32,000 bases of DNA. It comes from Pseudoalteromonas translucida KMM 520 (GTDB taxonomy: Bacteria; Pseudomonadota; Gammaproteobacteria; Enterobacterales; Alteromonadaceae). Location of the stretch: positions 2,460,001 to 2,492,000 of the forward strand of contig NZ_CP011034.1 of NCBI RefSeq assembly GCF_001465295.1, given 5' to 3'. The notes under the pieces were generated by a model that was not told where the DNA came from, did not search any database, and saw nothing but the letters and a program-made list of their open reading frames with translations. A program made the translations under genes and the position numbers. Below are positions 1 through 7,906 of the stretch, one piece after another; the stretch's first letter is position 1, and each line of letters begins with the position of its first letter.

Positions 1-175
1 GCTTATTAATTTAGCACCCAGCATAAGGCTGACGCTGAGCAACTATCATCGTCAATCTGGACTAACCCGATAACTATTAGCAATATAAGAATGAAATTGT
101 GGTGTGATACACGAGCAGCATACTGAAGGCTTAAGTTAGATAACTAATTAAGGAGATAATTTTAGTGCTTATAGC

Positions 176-195
176 AAAAAACCTATACTAGGTTT
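176..195 (-). terminator. Candidate intrinsic terminator for the 39-codon ORF
   Basis: On the minus strand this reads AAACCTA-gta-TAGGTTT followed by TTT-GC. The stem is 7 bp and AT-rich. A longer alternative pairing AAAACCTAT/ATAGGTTTT extends to about 218. It lies about 25 nt after the ORF stop. Confidence 0.35.
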
Positions 196-221
196 CATAA
201 AAACTCAGCATAGGTTTTGTT

Positions 222-341
222 TTAATGGAGTATTAGCGCAAGCTCGCAAGCATTTGCTTGGTTAAACCACGCCGATACTCCTAAAATTATAATAGATATA
301 ACCACTAAACTTAATTTAACGCCGCCTTGATTAGACTTCAT
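222..341 (-). CDS. Hypothetical small hydrophobic peptide (39 aa), below the ORF-track cutoff
   Basis: Hand translation gives MKSNQGGVKLSLVVISIIILGVSAWFNQANACELALILH. It has one TM-like segment, an ATG start with a weak GAGA Shine-Dalgarno sequence 6-9 nt upstream, and a TAA stop. A promoter-like sequence and a terminator-like hairpin flank it. Confidence 0.3.
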   Translation of the reverse strand: MKSNQGGVKLSLVVISIIILGVSAWFNQANACELALILH

Positions 342-395
342 AGTATTCTCGATATTATTTTTATTAGTAAGAATAAGTTTCATACAATAATAAAA

Positions 396-424
396 ATTAC
401 ACCTGTTAACAAGATGTTTATCAA
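396..424 (-). promoter_or_regulatory. Sigma70-like promoter TTGATA-N17-TGTAAT
   Basis: On the plus strand, tatcaa at 419-424 and attaca at 396-401 are the reverse complements of TTGATA and TGTAAT, separated by a 17-nt spacer. The element sits immediately downstream of the ghrA-like stop and about 55 nt upstream of the 39-codon ORF. Confidence 0.3.
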
Positions 425-440
425 ATCATTTTCTTTGTGG

Positions 441-1361
441 CTAATAGCCTTTGGTTCTATCAACACGGTTTTTAAGTGGTGTGCCATTAGTTAAGCATTG
501 AATACTCACTTCAATTTGTTCAATAACGCAGTTAACATCTGATAATGCAGCGCAATGTGGTGTTATGGTTATTTTAGGATGCAGCCAATATGGATGCTCA
601 CTTGGTAATGGCTCTTGATCGAACGCATCAAGCGTGGCGGCGCGTAAACTGTCACTATTAAGTGCCTGTAATAAATCATCTTCTATTACGTGCTGGCCGC
701 GTGCTGCATTTACTAATACTGCATGAGCGGGTAATTTAGCCAATAAATCTTTGTTGATAATTCCGGCTGTGTTTTCGGTCAGCGGTAATAAGCATACTAA
801 GTAATCTGTATTAGGCAGCATTTCGTTTAGCCCATGCTCACCATAATACATGGTCACGTTATTCACGTTTTTATGGCTTTGTGCCCACGCGCTCACGCTA
901 AAGCCATTATCAACGAGTCTTTGCGCACAGGCTCTGCCTAATTGACCAAAACCTAAAATAGCCACTTTGTTGTGACTTAACACCCTATTTGGCTTCCATT
1001 GCGTTGCAGCTTGTTTTTGATAATATTCTTTTAATTGTAGTTTTTGCGCCAGTACGTGAGTAAGTACATACTCGGCCATATCTATTTCTAATTGGGAGTC
1101 AACAATACGCACCACTTCAACATGCTCTGGCAGCAAATCTAAATCAATGCTATCAACCCCAGCACCAAACGACGACACTACTTTTAAATTAGGTAATTGT
1201 GCCCATAGTTCTTTTGGTGCATACCAGGCTAATACAAACTCAACTTTACTGAAATCTTCACACTGTGAATATTGCTCAATGTGTATATTAGGTAAGCGTG
1301 CTTGTAACTGCGACACCAGCTTAGAATTATCACGATCCCCTATAGCAACCAAAACAGACAT
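441..1361 (-). CDS. ghrA: D-isomer-specific 2-hydroxyacid dehydrogenase, glyoxylate/hydroxypyruvate reductase A-like
   Basis: 306 aa. It has the NAD-binding loop GFGQLGRACAQRL, the ARG...E...ITPH catalytic pattern, and a C-terminus (VDRTKGY) that mirrors E. coli GhrA (VDRARGY). An AAGGA ribosome-binding site precedes the ATG. Confidence 0.85.
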   Translation of the reverse strand: MSVLVAIGDRDNSKLVSQLQARLPNIHIEQYSQCEDFSKVEFVLAWYAPKELWAQLPNLKVVSSFGAGVDSIDLDLLPEHVEVVRIVDSQLEIDMAEYVLTHVLAQKLQLKEYYQKQAATQWKPNRVLSHNKVAILGFGQLGRACAQRLVDNGFSVSAWAQSHKNVNNVTMYYGEHGLNEMLPNTDYLVCLLPLTENTAGIINKDLLAKLPAHAVLVNAARGQHVIEDDLLQALNSDSLRAATLDAFDQEPLPSEHPYWLHPKITITPHCAALSDVNCVIEQIEVSIQCLTNGTPLKNRVDRTKGY

Positions 1362-1411
1362 AGTTATTCCTTATAAAGTTAATTATACGGCAGCAAAACC
1401 CACCGCAATGT

Positions 1412-2830
1412 TTAGTGACTGCCTTCTTCGATGAAAGCTTCTTGGCTAATTTTTGCTATGTCTTTGTCTTCTTTGGTTAAAATAGTTTTTTGCCACGAAC
1501 CTTGAGCAAACCACGCATAGGTAATAAGCGCAATAACTACGTTGGTAATGGCAAATGAATACCAAATACCGTTATCTCCTAATTGCGTATGTTTAGATAA
1601 AATATACGCCGCAGGAAACTGTACAACCCCCTGTGATAACAGGGCAACTAACATAGCATTAAGCATATTGCCTGATGCCCTAAAAGCAGCCACGACACAA
1701 AGTTGTACACCAATTCCCCCCCAAGTTAAACACATTATGCGAATAAAACTTGCGCCTTTAGCGATTACAGCCCCATCATCGGGAATAAAAAATGCAACTA
1801 AAACCTCGGCAAAATAATAGGCTAATCCCCCTACAAACGATAGGCCTAGTAAGCCCCACAAACTAGCTAGCTGGGTTATTTGCGCAGCGCGCTTGGGGTT
1901 TCCTGCGCCCATATTTTGCCCCACTAATGTAGACACGGCCATCGACAAACCCATTGCTGGGATCATCACCATTTGTAAAACATTGGAGCCAACACCGTAA
2001 GATGCAATCGTTTGCGTGCCAAAACTTGCCACTAAAAAAGACATGATAATTAAGCCAAAAGCACGTGCCGACAATTCAATTGAACCCGGTGCGCCTAAAA
2101 AAAAGGCTTGTTTTATATATTGCCAATCGGGGTAAAAACTTTTTAGCTGTAATTGAATACCATGACGGCCGCGTAAAAATATAATTACCCCAGCAAGTGC
2201 AGCTAAGCTCTGCGTCACTAAGGTTGCCAGTGCAGCTCCCATTACCCCTAAGCCTTGAAAGCTGCCATAGCCAAAAATAAATAACGGATCGAGTACAAAA
2301 TTAAGCAATACGGTCACGCTAACAATAATTAGCGGTACTTTTGTTTGGCCAATACCACGCATTAACGATTGAAACATGGCATAAATAAATACAAAAATAA
2401 CCCCAATAAACGACACATGCATAAACTTAAGTGCATCGCCATAAACAGCGTCTTCTACCCCTAAAAGGGTTAAAAAATAAGGCGATAGCATATAACCTAT
2501 GCCCCCCAGCACTATGGCTGTTAGCGTCACCATTAACATGGTTTGCGCGGCAACATGATTTACTTTGTCTTGCTGCCCTGCTCCCATATATTGCGCCGAT
2601 AAAATAGCCCCCGCCATCGCCAACCCTGCACCTATGGCAATGACTAAAAAAGTAACAGGCATACTAATAGACACAGCAGCAACTTGCGCAGCCCCTAAAC
2701 GTCCCACCCAAAAAGCGTCGGTAAGTTGATACGCCGACTGCAAAACATTGATTAAAATTATAGGAATACCTAACTTAAACAGCGCTTTAGAAATTGAACC
2801 ATGAAGAAATAGCTGCTGGGTAGCGTTCAT
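1412..2830 (-). CDS. MATE family efflux transporter (NorM/DinF-like)
   Basis: 472 aa and about 12 TM segments. The N-terminus (GIPIILINVLQSAYQLTDAFWVGRLG) is typical of MatE repeats. It lies 50 nt upstream of ghrA on the same strand, so they are probably one operon. Confidence 0.9.
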   Translation of the reverse strand: MNATQQLFLHGSISKALFKLGIPIILINVLQSAYQLTDAFWVGRLGAAQVAAVSISMPVTFLVIAIGAGLAMAGAILSAQYMGAGQQDKVNHVAAQTMLMVTLTAIVLGGIGYMLSPYFLTLLGVEDAVYGDALKFMHVSFIGVIFVFIYAMFQSLMRGIGQTKVPLIIVSVTVLLNFVLDPLFIFGYGSFQGLGVMGAALATLVTQSLAALAGVIIFLRGRHGIQLQLKSFYPDWQYIKQAFFLGAPGSIELSARAFGLIIMSFLVASFGTQTIASYGVGSNVLQMVMIPAMGLSMAVSTLVGQNMGAGNPKRAAQITQLASLWGLLGLSFVGGLAYYFAEVLVAFFIPDDGAVIAKGASFIRIMCLTWGGIGVQLCVVAAFRASGNMLNAMLVALLSQGVVQFPAAYILSKHTQLGDNGIWYSFAITNVVIALITYAWFAQGSWQKTILTKEDKDIAKISQEAFIEEGSH

Positions 2831-2996
2831 TTAACCTGCTTAATATTGAAAGGGATACATAAAGATGAGTTTAACAAACTTGGCTGATTTTATTCTGAAT
2901 ATTACCTAAATAAGTCAATTGCTTTTGCTATGTACTGTGGGGAAACTTAATCTAAATCAATAAATGGTTTTGCTAACTTCAAACATTTCTGAAACC

Positions 2997-3010
2997 TTGA
3001 TCTAAAACAA
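2997..3010 (+). promoter_or_regulatory. FNR/CRP-family-like box TTGAT-ctaa-AACAA upstream of ompW
   Basis: It matches TTGAT-N4-ATCAA at 9 of 10 positions. A -10-like TAATAAT at 3032-3038 sits at the spacing expected for a class II promoter. ompW is FNR-regulated in enterobacteria. Confidence 0.25.
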
Positions 3011-3072
3011 GTTATTGTTTGTGTTAAAGAATAATAATAGCGGCAATCACAAAGTAGTTCTTGGAGAACAAC

Positions 3073-3726
3073 ATGAAAACTAAATTAAGCATTGCATTAC
3101 TCACCTCTTTATTAGCACTCTCTCCTGCTGCACACGCTAATTTTAGCGTAAATGTGGGTGCTATAAACGTAAACCCTGATAGTACTAGCTCACCAATTAA
3201 CGATAATTCTGCCCTAGGACTTAATCCGGGTTCAGATACTCAGTTAGGTATTACCCTTGATTATGCTTTTAATGAGCAATGGGTGTTAGAGCTAATTGCA
3301 GCTACGCCGTTTTCACATGATATAAATGGCGCGGGTGGTTTAGCGGGCAATAAAATAGCTAATATTAAGCATTTACCTCCTTCGTTAGTAGCGCAATATC
3401 ACTTTTTAGATTCAAGCTACGCGTTTCGTCCTTTTGTTGGTGTAGGTGTTAACTATACAACTTTCTTTGATGAGCAACCTTCTCAAGCACTAAAAACAGT
3501 ACTTGGAACCGATGATGTAGAAGTTAAACTTGATGATTCGTTTGGCTTTGTAGCGCAAGTGGGTGCTAACTATAAAATAGATGAAAAATGGGGCCTACAC
3601 GCTATGGTTTCAATTATGGATATTGAAACTGATGCAACTGTCTATGCCGATGGCGCTCAAGCATTAACGTCAACCGTAAAAATTGACCCAATTGTGGCAA
3701 TGTTTGGGGTTAAATATAGCTTTTAA
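3073..3726 (+). CDS. ompW: OmpW family outer-membrane protein
   Basis: It has the signal peptide MKTKLSIALLTSLLALSPAAHA, alternating beta-strand patterns and the C-terminus FGVKYSF. I prefer the ATG at 3073 (GGAGA 6 nt upstream) over the TTG at 3061 in the ORF track. Confidence 0.9.
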   Translation: MKTKLSIALLTSLLALSPAAHANFSVNVGAINVNPDSTSSPINDNSALGLNPGSDTQLGITLDYAFNEQWVLELIAATPFSHDINGAGGLAGNKIANIKHLPPSLVAQYHFLDSSYAFRPFVGVGVNYTTFFDEQPSQALKTVLGTDDVEVKLDDSFGFVAQVGANYKIDEKWGLHAMVSIMDIETDATVYADGAQALTSTVKIDPIVAMFGVKYSF

Positions 3727-3746
3727 TAGTAATAAGCATGTGTGTT

Positions 3747-3771
3747 AAAAAGGCCGTAAGGCCTTTTTTTT
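3747..3771. terminator. Bidirectional intrinsic terminator shared by ompW (+) and the thioesterase gene (-)
   Basis: The sequence is AAAAAGGCC-gtaa-GGCCTTTTTTTTT, with an A-run on the left and a T-run on the right. It lies between two convergent stop codons. Confidence 0.7.
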
Positions 3772-3800
3772 CAACTATTGATTATTATTCATAACTATTA

Positions 3801-4337
3801 TTATCGTGGTAAATTAGTTACTTTTTTCTGCTCCAACATTTCTTTCCAGTGCATTACTTCACTTGGTAAAATAGGGGCTACACCTTTAAAGTCAGCCACT
3901 TCCAGCATTTCTTCAATGCTAATTATGCCCTTTTTACTTTTAAATACGCCGCGCACATAAGCAATTGCGTGTAAGCCACGTTGAGAGTGAAATTTTTGCT
4001 CTATATAAAAGTACTTATGATCCCAACCCACTAAGCGCGTGCTAATTGTATAACGCTGCATAGGTTTTATATCGCGAATATAAGTAATAGCAGTCGCATT
4101 TACAATTGGAAACCAACGACGTTTTAATATGTGCTTTAATAAACCCACCCGCTCTGTCATCCAAGTGCGCGATAAATCCATCATAGCCAAGTAACGTGAA
4201 TTAGTTAAATGTAAGTTTATATCGCAATCTGTTGGCAGGGCTTTGTAATCAATATCTACCGTATCAAGTAAGTGTTGATAGTCATGGTTACGTTTAATTT
4301 TAAAAAACAATAAAATAAGTCGAATATATAAGTTCAC
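3801..4337 (-). CDS. Hotdog-fold acyl-CoA thioesterase (4HBT/YbgC-like superfamily)
   Basis: 178 aa. The motif DCDINLHLTNSRYLAMMD fits the D-x-N-x-H-x-x-N-x-x-Y active-site context of 4HBT/YbgC-type thioesterases. The start codon is GTG. Confidence 0.7.
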   Translation of the reverse strand: MNLYIRLILLFFKIKRNHDYQHLLDTVDIDYKALPTDCDINLHLTNSRYLAMMDLSRTWMTERVGLLKHILKRRWFPIVNATAITYIRDIKPMQRYTISTRLVGWDHKYFYIEQKFHSQRGLHAIAYVRGVFKSKKGIISIEEMLEVADFKGVAPILPSEVMHWKEMLEQKKVTNLPR

Positions 4338-4411
4338 AGCAGAGGTCTTACCAGTTAAAGTTAAATTAAGTGTATCACACGCGTTTAGCCAAAGTTTACT
4401 TTATTAAAGCA

Positions 4412-4454
4412 AATAACTATAAGCTACCCGCGCACGTTTAAGCTTATAGTTATT
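4412..4454 (-). terminator. Long perfect hairpin downstream of tyrR (probable terminator)
   Basis: A 14-bp perfect stem (AATAACTATAAGCT/AGCTTATAGTTATT) encloses a 15-nt GC-rich loop. It begins 12 nt after the tyrR stop. On the minus strand it is followed by TGCTTTAATAAAG, which is only moderately T-rich. Confidence 0.5.
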
Positions 4455-4465
4455 ACTTTGCGTTA

Positions 4466-6022
4466 CTAAACTTTTACTGTTTTACGGTTAATACCATAAT
4501 CACGTAACTTGTTTGCCACCGCGGTGTGGCTTAAACCAAGGCGCTTTGCTAGTTGGCGTGAGCTAGGATAAGCAGGATATAGCTTACGTAATAACGTAGC
4601 CTCAAAGCGTTTAACTGCTTGATCGAGTGACCCTTCAAAATCTGATTCTAAATACCCTAAATCATGGGTAAATGTAGGGAGCTGTAAATGTTCAACGCGT
4701 AATTCACTGTCATCTAATAAAGACACAGCACGGTAAATTGCGTTTTCTAATTGGCGCACATTACCCGGCCACGGATAATCTTGTAAAAAGCTTAAACACT
4801 CTTGTGATAACAACGGCACATCATGACCATTTTGCTGTGCGTACTTTTGAATAAAGTGCTCAGCAAGCGGCCCCACATCGGCTTTGCGATCTCTCAGTGG
4901 TGCTATTTCTAGCGTTAAAACGTTAATACGGTAATATAAGTCTTCTCTAAAAACACCCTCTTGTACCATAGCAGGTAAGTCTTTTTGAGTGGCTGCAACA
5001 ATACGTACATTAACTTTTACTTCGTTTTCATCGCCTACTTTTCTAAATGTGCCATCTTGTAAAAAGCGCAATAACTTGGTTTGTAATTGAGTAGACATTT
5101 CGCCCACTTCATCCAAAAATACGGTACCACCATCGGCTTGTTCAAGTACGCCACGTTTTGGCGCGGCGTTCTCTTCGTAACCGGCATAACCAAATAATTC
5201 AGACTCGGCCACATCATCGGGCAGCGAGGCACACGACAAAGCAATAAAAGGCTTAACAGAGCGATTAGAAGCGTAATGACATGCACGTGCGAGTAACTCT
5301 TTACCAGTACCGGTTTCGCCAGTAATTAAAATAGGCGCTTCTAACTGCGCCATTTTACGTGCTTCACGCACTACTCGGCGCATTGCAGTGCTAAAGTTAT
5401 GAATAGTAGCAAAGCTCTCTTGTCCATAGCGTCTAAAAGCACTTACTTGTTGGCCTAAGCGACTTTGCGATTTAATATTTATTACCGCACCGGCTAGCAC
5501 ATCGCCCTCGTTACTTTGCGGAACAGCAATGGGTAAAATATCCGCAATAAAATCTTCACCAGCCACTTCTACGCGCGTAGTTTGGCCAAGCACTTCTTTG
5601 CCCTCAAGCCAGCGAGTAAAATTAAAACCTTTAAGTAAGTTATTAATATTGGCACCAATAACTTCTTTTTCTGTTAGTTGTAAATCTTTGCACGCTGCGT
5701 CATTACATAAACGCACCCAACCTTTGGCATCTATTGAAATAACGCCATCTGGTAGTGCTCTTAGTAGTGTATTTAATTCGTTATGTTCACGCTCTGAGGG
5801 TAAAAATGCCGTGGTGCGTACATCATGCACACCATCAATTAAGCGAATTGATGGCATGATTTTTTGAAACTGCTCAAATTCAATTTCAGGAAAGCTAACA
5901 TACATACGACAATTAACTGAGTCGACTTCAATCCCTTTTAAATCAACATTATAGTTAACTAAAATATTAAGGATTTCTTGGGCAATACCAACTCGATCCG
6001 CACAATGAATATCTAAACGCAT
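4466..6022 (-). CDS. tyrR: TyrR-type aromatic amino acid transcriptional regulator (ACT-PAS-AAA+-HTH)
   Basis: 518 aa. The N-terminus MRLDIHCADRVGIAQEILNILV parallels E. coli TyrR (MRLEVFCEDRLGLTRELLDLLV). It has the Walker A motif GETGTGKE. The GAFTGA loop is absent (ELFGYAGYEENAAPKRGVLEQA), as in TyrR. A C-terminal HTH is present (SSRQLAKRLGLSHTAVANKLR). Confidence 0.9.
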   Translation of the reverse strand: MRLDIHCADRVGIAQEILNILVNYNVDLKGIEVDSVNCRMYVSFPEIEFEQFQKIMPSIRLIDGVHDVRTTAFLPSEREHNELNTLLRALPDGVISIDAKGWVRLCNDAACKDLQLTEKEVIGANINNLLKGFNFTRWLEGKEVLGQTTRVEVAGEDFIADILPIAVPQSNEGDVLAGAVINIKSQSRLGQQVSAFRRYGQESFATIHNFSTAMRRVVREARKMAQLEAPILITGETGTGKELLARACHYASNRSVKPFIALSCASLPDDVAESELFGYAGYEENAAPKRGVLEQADGGTVFLDEVGEMSTQLQTKLLRFLQDGTFRKVGDENEVKVNVRIVAATQKDLPAMVQEGVFREDLYYRINVLTLEIAPLRDRKADVGPLAEHFIQKYAQQNGHDVPLLSQECLSFLQDYPWPGNVRQLENAIYRAVSLLDDSELRVEHLQLPTFTHDLGYLESDFEGSLDQAVKRFEATLLRKLYPAYPSSRQLAKRLGLSHTAVANKLRDYGINRKTVKV

Positions 6023-6091
6023 ACAGCCTCAAATAAGGGGAAACTATTTGCGCTGAATAATACGCTAACTCTGATCAGCTGGATAGTTTAA

Positions 6092-6109
6092 TGTAAACAA
6101 ATTTGGACA
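6092..6109. promoter_or_regulatory. TyrR box candidate in the tyrR promoter region
   Basis: TGTAAA-caaatt-TGGACA matches TGTAAA-N6-TTTACA at 10 of 12 positions, including the symmetric G and C. It lies 70-87 nt upstream of the tyrR start. Confidence 0.4.
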
Positions 6110-6152
6110 TATATGCGTTTTTTTTGCTTAAGCATAAGTGTAATAAAACAAC

Positions 6153-7730
6153 TCACCCTTGGGGATATAAAGTCCATTCACCGCCATCTAATTGAATATA
6201 CGGCCGTTTATTAACATACATCATTATAGTTCCGGCGTTTTCTGCTACTTTTTGCGAAGTGGGTAACTGGCTTACTAATTCTGCTATATTATTATTTTTC
6301 CCTGCAAAGTAATTACTCTTCATCACCTTAGTTACCAGCTCAGACAGAGCAAAGTAACTGCTTGTATTTGTCACTGTTATTTGCGACATACGAGGCAGGT
6401 CAGGACCAATAAACTTAATTGCCGCTGGCACTGTTACTATTGAAGGGCTCGGTATTTCGCGCAGGCCTGCAAATTGTACTTTGTCGCCTTGTAGTGCCGC
6501 GCCATGCTCTGGCACTAACATTAGCATCACGTTGCGGCCGCGTTTTTCTAAGCTTTTAATAAATTGATTAATATCTGAAAATAAATTTTGTTGCCTAATA
6601 GGATAACTTTCATCACTATTCATGCGTCTGCTGTTAGCCAGTTGATTGCCATCGTGCAAGCTAATCGTATTGTAATACATAGCGCAAGGTGCGCAGCTAT
6701 CGCCTTGCTCTTCAAGCCAACTACTTAGCACCGCCCCGTCTGAATAAATAGGTTTACTGTCAAAGCTATACTGCGCAACGGGTAATGATGTGGTGTCAAA
6801 TAGTGGGCTATTTAGCTTACCTTGTTTTTTCACTAAATCTTTAAAGCCGTCAAAATGGCCATCATGATTCATAACTAAATGACTGTCGTATCCTAGCTTT
6901 TCTAGGTTATTAAATAAGTGACATTGCTCTGGCGCATCATCAAACAGTGCTGGTTGGCTTGTTTGCCCACAACTTGCTCGTAGTAACCTAATAGCGGCAG
7001 GACCACTGTAGGACGTAGCTGAATTAAAATCAGAAAACACAATATCAAAATCACTATAAATATCATCCAAACTAACACCTATAGCGTTTAAGTCTGCAAT
7101 AGCTAGGGAGCATATATTTAAAACAACAACGTCAAATTGCGTGCCGTTATACTCATCTGGAAAGTAGCTAACTAATTGGCTCTGCTGCTTATAAAAATCA
7201 TTTAATTGCTGTTCTACAGAATCTGGCTTTTGGGTAACTACAGCAGTATTGCTAAACACTTGCTCTTGATTAGGCGTATTTTGCACCGACACTGCCATAT
7301 CATTTGGCTTTAACGCACCTTGGTAACCTATAAAAATTAATCCAGCTATTGTTACTGTCGTAAAGCGGATCCACTGCGAGGTATACCAAAAACAAACAAC
7401 AATAATAAATAGGCCCAGCAGCATATCGTAATTAACTATGCGGCCAAACAACTCAACAAAATAATCTAAACTAAAATCTTGAATATTTCCCGCTTGTTTG
7501 GTTAACCTATCAATTGGCGGTAACCACGAGTCTTTATAAAGCAATACAATCGCAAACACCGCGCCAATTAAATGCTTTAGTTTATCTACTTGTGAATTAC
7601 TAAAGGTAAGTGCAAATAAGGCAGCTAAAGCGGCATTACTTAAAAAATCAAATTGAATCGCACCATAATAAAAAAGTACAAACTTTACTAAAAAATAGAG
7701 ATTCCAAATACCTAAGCCCGATAACTTCAC
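6153..7730 (-). CDS. bcsG: Cellulose phosphoethanolamine transferase BcsG
   Basis: 525 aa. An N-terminal multi-TM region is followed by an alkaline-phosphatase-like domain. Conserved contexts are NICSLAIADLN, ATSYSGPAAIRLLRASCGQ (Ser codon at 7005-7007) and VPEHGAAL. The GTG start overlaps the bcsF stop by 4 nt. Confidence 0.9.
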   Translation of the reverse strand: MKLSGLGIWNLYFLVKFVLFYYGAIQFDFLSNAALAALFALTFSNSQVDKLKHLIGAVFAIVLLYKDSWLPPIDRLTKQAGNIQDFSLDYFVELFGRIVNYDMLLGLFIIVVCFWYTSQWIRFTTVTIAGLIFIGYQGALKPNDMAVSVQNTPNQEQVFSNTAVVTQKPDSVEQQLNDFYKQQSQLVSYFPDEYNGTQFDVVVLNICSLAIADLNAIGVSLDDIYSDFDIVFSDFNSATSYSGPAAIRLLRASCGQTSQPALFDDAPEQCHLFNNLEKLGYDSHLVMNHDGHFDGFKDLVKKQGKLNSPLFDTTSLPVAQYSFDSKPIYSDGAVLSSWLEEQGDSCAPCAMYYNTISLHDGNQLANSRRMNSDESYPIRQQNLFSDINQFIKSLEKRGRNVMLMLVPEHGAALQGDKVQFAGLREIPSPSIVTVPAAIKFIGPDLPRMSQITVTNTSSYFALSELVTKVMKSNYFAGKNNNIAELVSQLPTSQKVAENAGTIMMYVNKRPYIQLDGGEWTLYPQG

Positions 7731-7903
7731 GGTTTATCCTTTTCAGTTTTTTTAAACGTATACGGCTCTAAAACTTGGTGTTTAAAAGAGAGCTGTTGAT
7801 AGTATTTTTTTAATTTCGTTAATATAAACGACCCCGCTAAGCAAAGCACACCACCAAGCAACATTGCCAATAAGGTTGTAATAATAAATTGATTCATGCT
7901 CAT
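7727..7903 (-). CDS. bcsF: Small membrane protein BcsF (not in the supplied ORF track)
   Basis: Hand translation gives MSMNQFIITTLLAMLLGGVLCLAGSFILTKLKKYYQQLSFKHQVLEPYTFKKTEKDKP (58 aa). It has one N-terminal TM helix and a basic tail with a TEK motif, like E. coli BcsF. It sits between bcsE and bcsG, 3 nt after the bcsE stop. An alternative ATG start is at 7897. Confidence 0.7.
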   Translation of the reverse strand: MSMNQFIITTLLAMLLGGVLCLAGSFILTKLKKYYQQLSFKHQVLEPYTFKKTEKDKP

Positions 7904-7906
7904 AAT

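Noticed and set aside
1-175. A possible 3' end of a plus-strand gene (frame 2 is open to a TAA at about 69-71), or an sRNA, in the left-most 175 nt. This includes an AAGGAG followed by a GTG at about 165.
   Set aside because: The open frame is only about 23 codons with no recognisable motif. The GTG after AAGGAG opens a frame that stops after 8 codons. I cannot support any feature here without upstream sequence.
3061-3072. Upstream alternative starts given by the ORF track: ompW TTG 3061, hppD ATG 25359, M23 TTG 28054, thioesterase 30229 and MFS 30481.
   Set aside because: In each case a downstream in-frame ATG has better Shine-Dalgarno spacing. It also gives an N-terminus that matches the family (signal peptide, conserved start or first TM). 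The longer forms add atypical extensions.
4466-6022. Reading the AAA+ regulator as a sigma54-dependent enhancer-binding protein (NtrC class).
   Set aside because: The GAFTGA sigma54-contact motif is missing, the N-terminal ACT-PAS layout and N-terminal sequence match TyrR, and I noticed no -24/-12 (GG-N10-GC) promoter nearby.
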